From: Eubacterium sp. CAG:180
Lineage (GTDB): Bacteria; Bacteroidota; Bacteroidia; Bacteroidales; Muribaculaceae
Assembly (NCBI GenBank): GCA_963590405.1
Contig: CAVAPE010000001.1
Coordinates: 18,399-82,398 of the forward strand
Length of the DNA stretch: 64,000 nt
Reading direction: 5' to 3'
This document shows positions 60,986-64,000 of this stretch, piece by piece. A program made the translations under genes and the position numbers. A model generated the notes under the pieces. It did no database searches, had not been told where the DNA came from, and saw only the letters and a list, made by a program, of their open reading frames with translations. Position 1 is the stretch's first letter. The number at the start of each line of letters is the position of its first letter.

Positions 60986-61861
60986 ATGGCAAATTCATTC
61001 AAGAACATATTGATTGCCGCTCTTGTCGGCGCAGCAACGATGCAAGCCGTCGCTGCGCCGTCGAAGAAAGGCTACGACCTCGTTTGGGAAGACCATTTCG
61101 AGGGCGTGGAACTCAACCGCGCCTATTGGAACGTTGAGGTCAACGGCACGGGATGCGGCAACCACGAATTGCAGTACTACATCGACAATCCGCAGAATGT
61201 GGCTGTGCGCAACGGCAACCTCGTGCTCACTGCACGCCGCGCTGACTACGACGGGCATGCCTTCACCTCCGGGCGCATCAACACCCAGGGCAAGGTGGCA
61301 TTCTCCTACGGCATTATCGAGGCGCGTATCCTTCTGCCTGAGACCACCGACGGACTTTGGCCGGCATTTTGGATGATGGGCAACGACATCAAGGAGAACG
61401 GTTGGCCGAAATGTGGCGAAACCGACATCCTTGAGATGGGGCACGCCGATGGCATCGCTGCAGGCACGCAGTCGCGCCTCTTCAATGGCGCTATGCACTG
61501 GGGTGAGGCACCGCAATATCACTGCCAGCAGGTTGCCCCGAAAACAAGCGAGAAGAGTCTGCAGGACGGCAAGTACCACATCTTCACCGTGCTCTGGACA
61601 CCCGACAAAATCGAGATGTATGTGGACAATCAGAAAGAGCCTTACATGCGTGCATTGATAGGCGAAAGCAGCGATAAGCACTCCTACTTCAACAAGGACA
61701 ACTACATCCTGTTTAACCTCGCTGTGGGCGGCGACTTCCCGGGCATCCACAATCCCGACGGCGTAACTGCACTCAGCGGCGACGGCGCTTCAGCGGAGAT
61801 GCTTGTAGACTATGTGAAAGTCTACCAACCAAAGAACAACGTGACACTAAAACTAAAATAA
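60986..61861 (+). CDS. GH16 family endo-beta-glucanase (no C-terminal sorting domain)
   Basis: A paralog of the preceding gene with WPAFWMMG and GETDILE. The signal peptide ends ...MQAVAAP. The protein ends right after the catalytic domain (VDYVKVYQPKNN...). Confidence 0.85.
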   Translation: MANSFKNILIAALVGAATMQAVAAPSKKGYDLVWEDHFEGVELNRAYWNVEVNGTGCGNHELQYYIDNPQNVAVRNGNLVLTARRADYDGHAFTSGRINTQGKVAFSYGIIEARILLPETTDGLWPAFWMMGNDIKENGWPKCGETDILEMGHADGIAAGTQSRLFNGAMHWGEAPQYHCQQVAPKTSEKSLQDGKYHIFTVLWTPDKIEMYVDNQKEPYMRALIGESSDKHSYFNKDNYILFNLAVGGDFPGIHNPDGVTALSGDGASAEMLVDYVKVYQPKNNVTLKLK

Positions 61862-61880
61862 CTCCAAAACTATCTACCTT

Positions 61881-64000
61881 ATGGACGACAGAAACATGAT
61901 GAAACGAGTAGTGTTGGTTTGCCTATTTGTGGTGATGGCTATAGGCTACGCCCTTTCGGCAAATAAAAATATAGAAGAGCAGATTGACCAGTTGCTCTCA
62001 AAGATGACCCTTGAGGAAAAAATTGGTCAGATCAACCAACAGACAGGGCAAGGCTACAGCGACGGTATGGTGAAGCAAATCAAGGGCGGCGCCATCGGTT
62101 CAATTCTCAACGAGGTTGACCCTGTCGTTGTCAACAAATTGCAGAAAGAGGCTGTAAAAAACAGTCGCCTTCACATTCCGTTGATTTTCGCGCGCGACGT
62201 GATTCACGGCTTCAAGACCATCTTCCCGATACCCCTCGGACAGGCGGCTTCGTGGAACCTCAGCCTTATTGAGCAGGGTGCCCGCATCGCAGCCGAAGAG
62301 GCTTCGTCGGCAGGTGTGCGCTGGACATTCTCTCCGATGGTCGACATCTCGCGCGATGCCCGTTGGGGACGCTGCGCCGAGTCGGCTGGCGAGGACACTT
62401 ATCTTTCTGCAAAAGTGGGCGTGGCTATGGTAAAAGGCTACCAGGGCGACGACCTCTCAAAACCGAACACTATGGCTGCCTGCACAAAGCACTTTGTGGG
62501 CTACGGAGCATCGGAAGGTGGCAAGGATTATAACTCTACATGGATTTCCGACAAGTTGATGCGCGACGTGTATCTGCCACCGTTTGAGGCATGCGCCAAA
62601 GCCGGCAGTGCAACGTTTATGTGCGCGTTCAACGACAACAACGGCATACCGGCATCCGCCAACAAATACCTTATGCGCGACGTGCTCCGCGGCGAATGGG
62701 GCTGGGATGGCGTGATGTGCAGCGACTGGGCTTCAATCATGCAACTTGTGCCGCAGGGCTACTGCAAAGACCTCAAGGATGCTGCCCTGAAAGCGTCGCT
62801 CGCTGGCGTGGATGTTGATATGGAAAGTTACGCATATACTCGCTATATGAAAGAACTCGTTGAAGAGGGCAAACTTGATGTGAAAGTCATCGACGACCTC
62901 GTGCGCAACGTGCTCAGATTGAAATTCCGCCTCGGCTTGTTCGACAATCCTTATGTCGACCTCAAGCACGCTAACCAGTTCTACGCTCCTGCCTCTCTTG
63001 AGGCTGCCACTCGCATGGTGGAAGAGAGCACAGTGCTGATGAAGAACAACGGCGTACTTCCATTTGCCGCTCAAGGCAAGAAAATCGCTCTCGTTGGCCC
63101 GATGGCCGATGCACAGCACGACCAGGCAGGCACATGGTGCTTCGACTTGGACAAGACTCACACCGTTACTCCGCTCACCGCACTCCGCGAGGCTCTCGGC
63201 AACGATGCCGTAATCTTCGAGAAAGGCTTGACCTACAGCCGTGACAAGAGCGAAGAAGGCATACAGAAGGCCGTTGAGGCAGCAAAGAAAGCCGACATTG
63301 TAGTGATGGTTGCTGGCGAAGAGGCTGTGCTCTCGGGCGAAGCCCACTGCCGTGCCGACCTGTCGCTTCCAGGCGCACAGACAAAGATGCTTGAGGCATT
63401 GAAAGCCACTGGCAAGCCAGTCGTGCTCATCATCATGGCTGGTCGTCCGCTGACCATCAGCCACGAGGTTGACCTTGCCGACGCCACTCTCTTCATGTTC
63501 CACCCAGGCACAATGGGCGGACCTGCTATCGCCAACATGCTCACTGGCGCAGCCGTACCGTCGGGCAAGTTGCCTATGACCTTCCCAAAGATGGTCGGAC
63601 AGGAGCCTATCTACTATAACCACAACAACACTGGTCGCCCTGCAAGCAACATCGTGACGATGGACGACATCGAACTTGAAGCAGGTCAAACTTCTACCGG
63701 TTGCACAAGTTATTACCTCGATGCTGGCGACGGTCCAGCCTTCCCATTCGGCTACGGCTTGTCGTACACCACATTTGCTTACGGCTCTCCGCGCCTCTCT
63801 GCCGCTTCGATGGGCAAGGACGGACAGATTGAGGTTACTTGCACAGTGACCAACACAGGCAAATATGAAGCATCGGAAACAGCACAACTCTATGTCCGCG
63901 ACCTCGTTGGCTCGGTTACGCGTCCAGTGCGCGAACTCAAGGGCTTTGAGAAAATCACCCTCAAACCGGGCGAAAGCCGCGACGTGAAGTTCAGCCTCAA
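61881..64000 (+). CDS. GH3 family beta-glucosidase (BglX-like), 3' end beyond the window
   Basis: My own translation gives MDDRNMMKRVVLVCLFVV..., IPLIFARDVIHGFKTIFPIPLGQAASWN, KHFVGYGASEGGKDYN, GVMCSDW (nucleophile region) and, near the edge, RPVRELKGFEKITLKPGESRDVKF. It is not in the ORF track because no stop occurs before nt 64000. The start could be 61896 or 61899. Confidence 0.9.
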   Translation, partial: MDDRNMMKRVVLVCLFVVMAIGYALSANKNIEEQIDQLLSKMTLEEKIGQINQQTGQGYSDGMVKQIKGGAIGSILNEVDPVVVNKLQKEAVKNSRLHIPLIFARDVIHGFKTIFPIPLGQAASWNLSLIEQGARIAAEEASSAGVRWTFSPMVDISRDARWGRCAESAGEDTYLSAKVGVAMVKGYQGDDLSKPNTMAACTKHFVGYGASEGGKDYNSTWISDKLMRDVYLPPFEACAKAGSATFMCAFNDNNGIPASANKYLMRDVLRGEWGWDGVMCSDWASIMQLVPQGYCKDLKDAALKASLAGVDVDMESYAYTRYMKELVEEGKLDVKVIDDLVRNVLRLKFRLGLFDNPYVDLKHANQFYAPASLEAATRMVEESTVLMKNNGVLPFAAQGKKIALVGPMADAQHDQAGTWCFDLDKTHTVTPLTALREALGNDAVIFEKGLTYSRDKSEEGIQKAVEAAKKADIVVMVAGEEAVLSGEAHCRADLSLPGAQTKMLEALKATGKPVVLIIMAGRPLTISHEVDLADATLFMFHPGTMGGPAIANMLTGAAVPSGKLPMTFPKMVGQEPIYYNHNNTGRPASNIVTMDDIELEAGQTSTGCTSYYLDAGDGPAFPFGYGLSYTTFAYGSPRLSAASMGKDGQIEVTCTVTNTGKYEASETAQLYVRDLVGSVTRPVRELKGFEKITLKPGESRDVKFSL

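Noticed and set aside
1-64000. CRISPR arrays, transposases/IS elements, prophage genes
   Set aside because: I saw no regularly spaced repeat array, no transposase, integrase or phage structural motifs in any ORF translation, and no long terminal inverted repeats on reading the intergenic regions.

Overview
This 64-kb window looks like a chromosomal segment of a Bacteroidota genome, probably Bacteroidales. The evidence is a SusC/SusD pair, T9SS-type C-terminal sorting domains, a PorX-type regulator, DUF3098/GldE-like genes, and TAnnTTTG -7 boxes upstream of most transcription units. Coding density is high and most genes are housekeeping: aspS; a coaX/OM-barrel/lptC-like/gldE-like operon; trmD; a YfhO glycosyltransferase; a long ftsX-DUF3098-uppP-truB-queA-xpt operon; miaB; aroA; and tRNA-Asp(GTC). 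Metabolic modules are a glpT/GDPD/porin glycerophosphodiester operon, a compact six-gene glycine-cleavage cluster (lplA-gcvT-gcvH-gcvPA-gcvPB-lpdA) next to an Lrp/AsnC regulator, and a ScpB/YgfG-like methylmalonyl-CoA decarboxylase homolog. Accessory content consists of two tandem secreted lectin-like paralogs, a class-II-type Fic protein, a YafQ-type toxin with an RHH antitoxin, an orphan DUF6377 regulator, and a membrane-embedded AraC regulator. The right end carries a beta-glucan PUL: a propeller/YYY-LuxR regulator, susC/susD-like genes, a binding-protein candidate, two GH16 genes and a GH3 gene truncated by the window edge. I saw no CRISPR array, integrase, transposase, reverse transcriptase or recognisable multi-gene phage-defence operon, and I cannot point to a clear-cut novel multi-gene system. 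The most unusual observations are listed here. (1) The PUL's exposed components carry T9SS sorting domains rather than lipoprotein anchors, and a PorX-like regulator sits nearby. (2) A roughly 195-nt unit near 34.9-35.1 kb has no convincing ORF and is bounded by a promoter-like box and a terminator, making it a candidate sRNA. (3) A dispersed GC-hairpin intergenic repeat is present in two copies, and one copy lies beside a duplicated promoter-like 22-mer. (4) The glycine-cleavage cluster has a split P-protein. (5) Nested direct repeats, including an 11-nt tandem duplication, lie inside the Fic gene. All family assignments come from reading motifs in the supplied translations. No database search was run.
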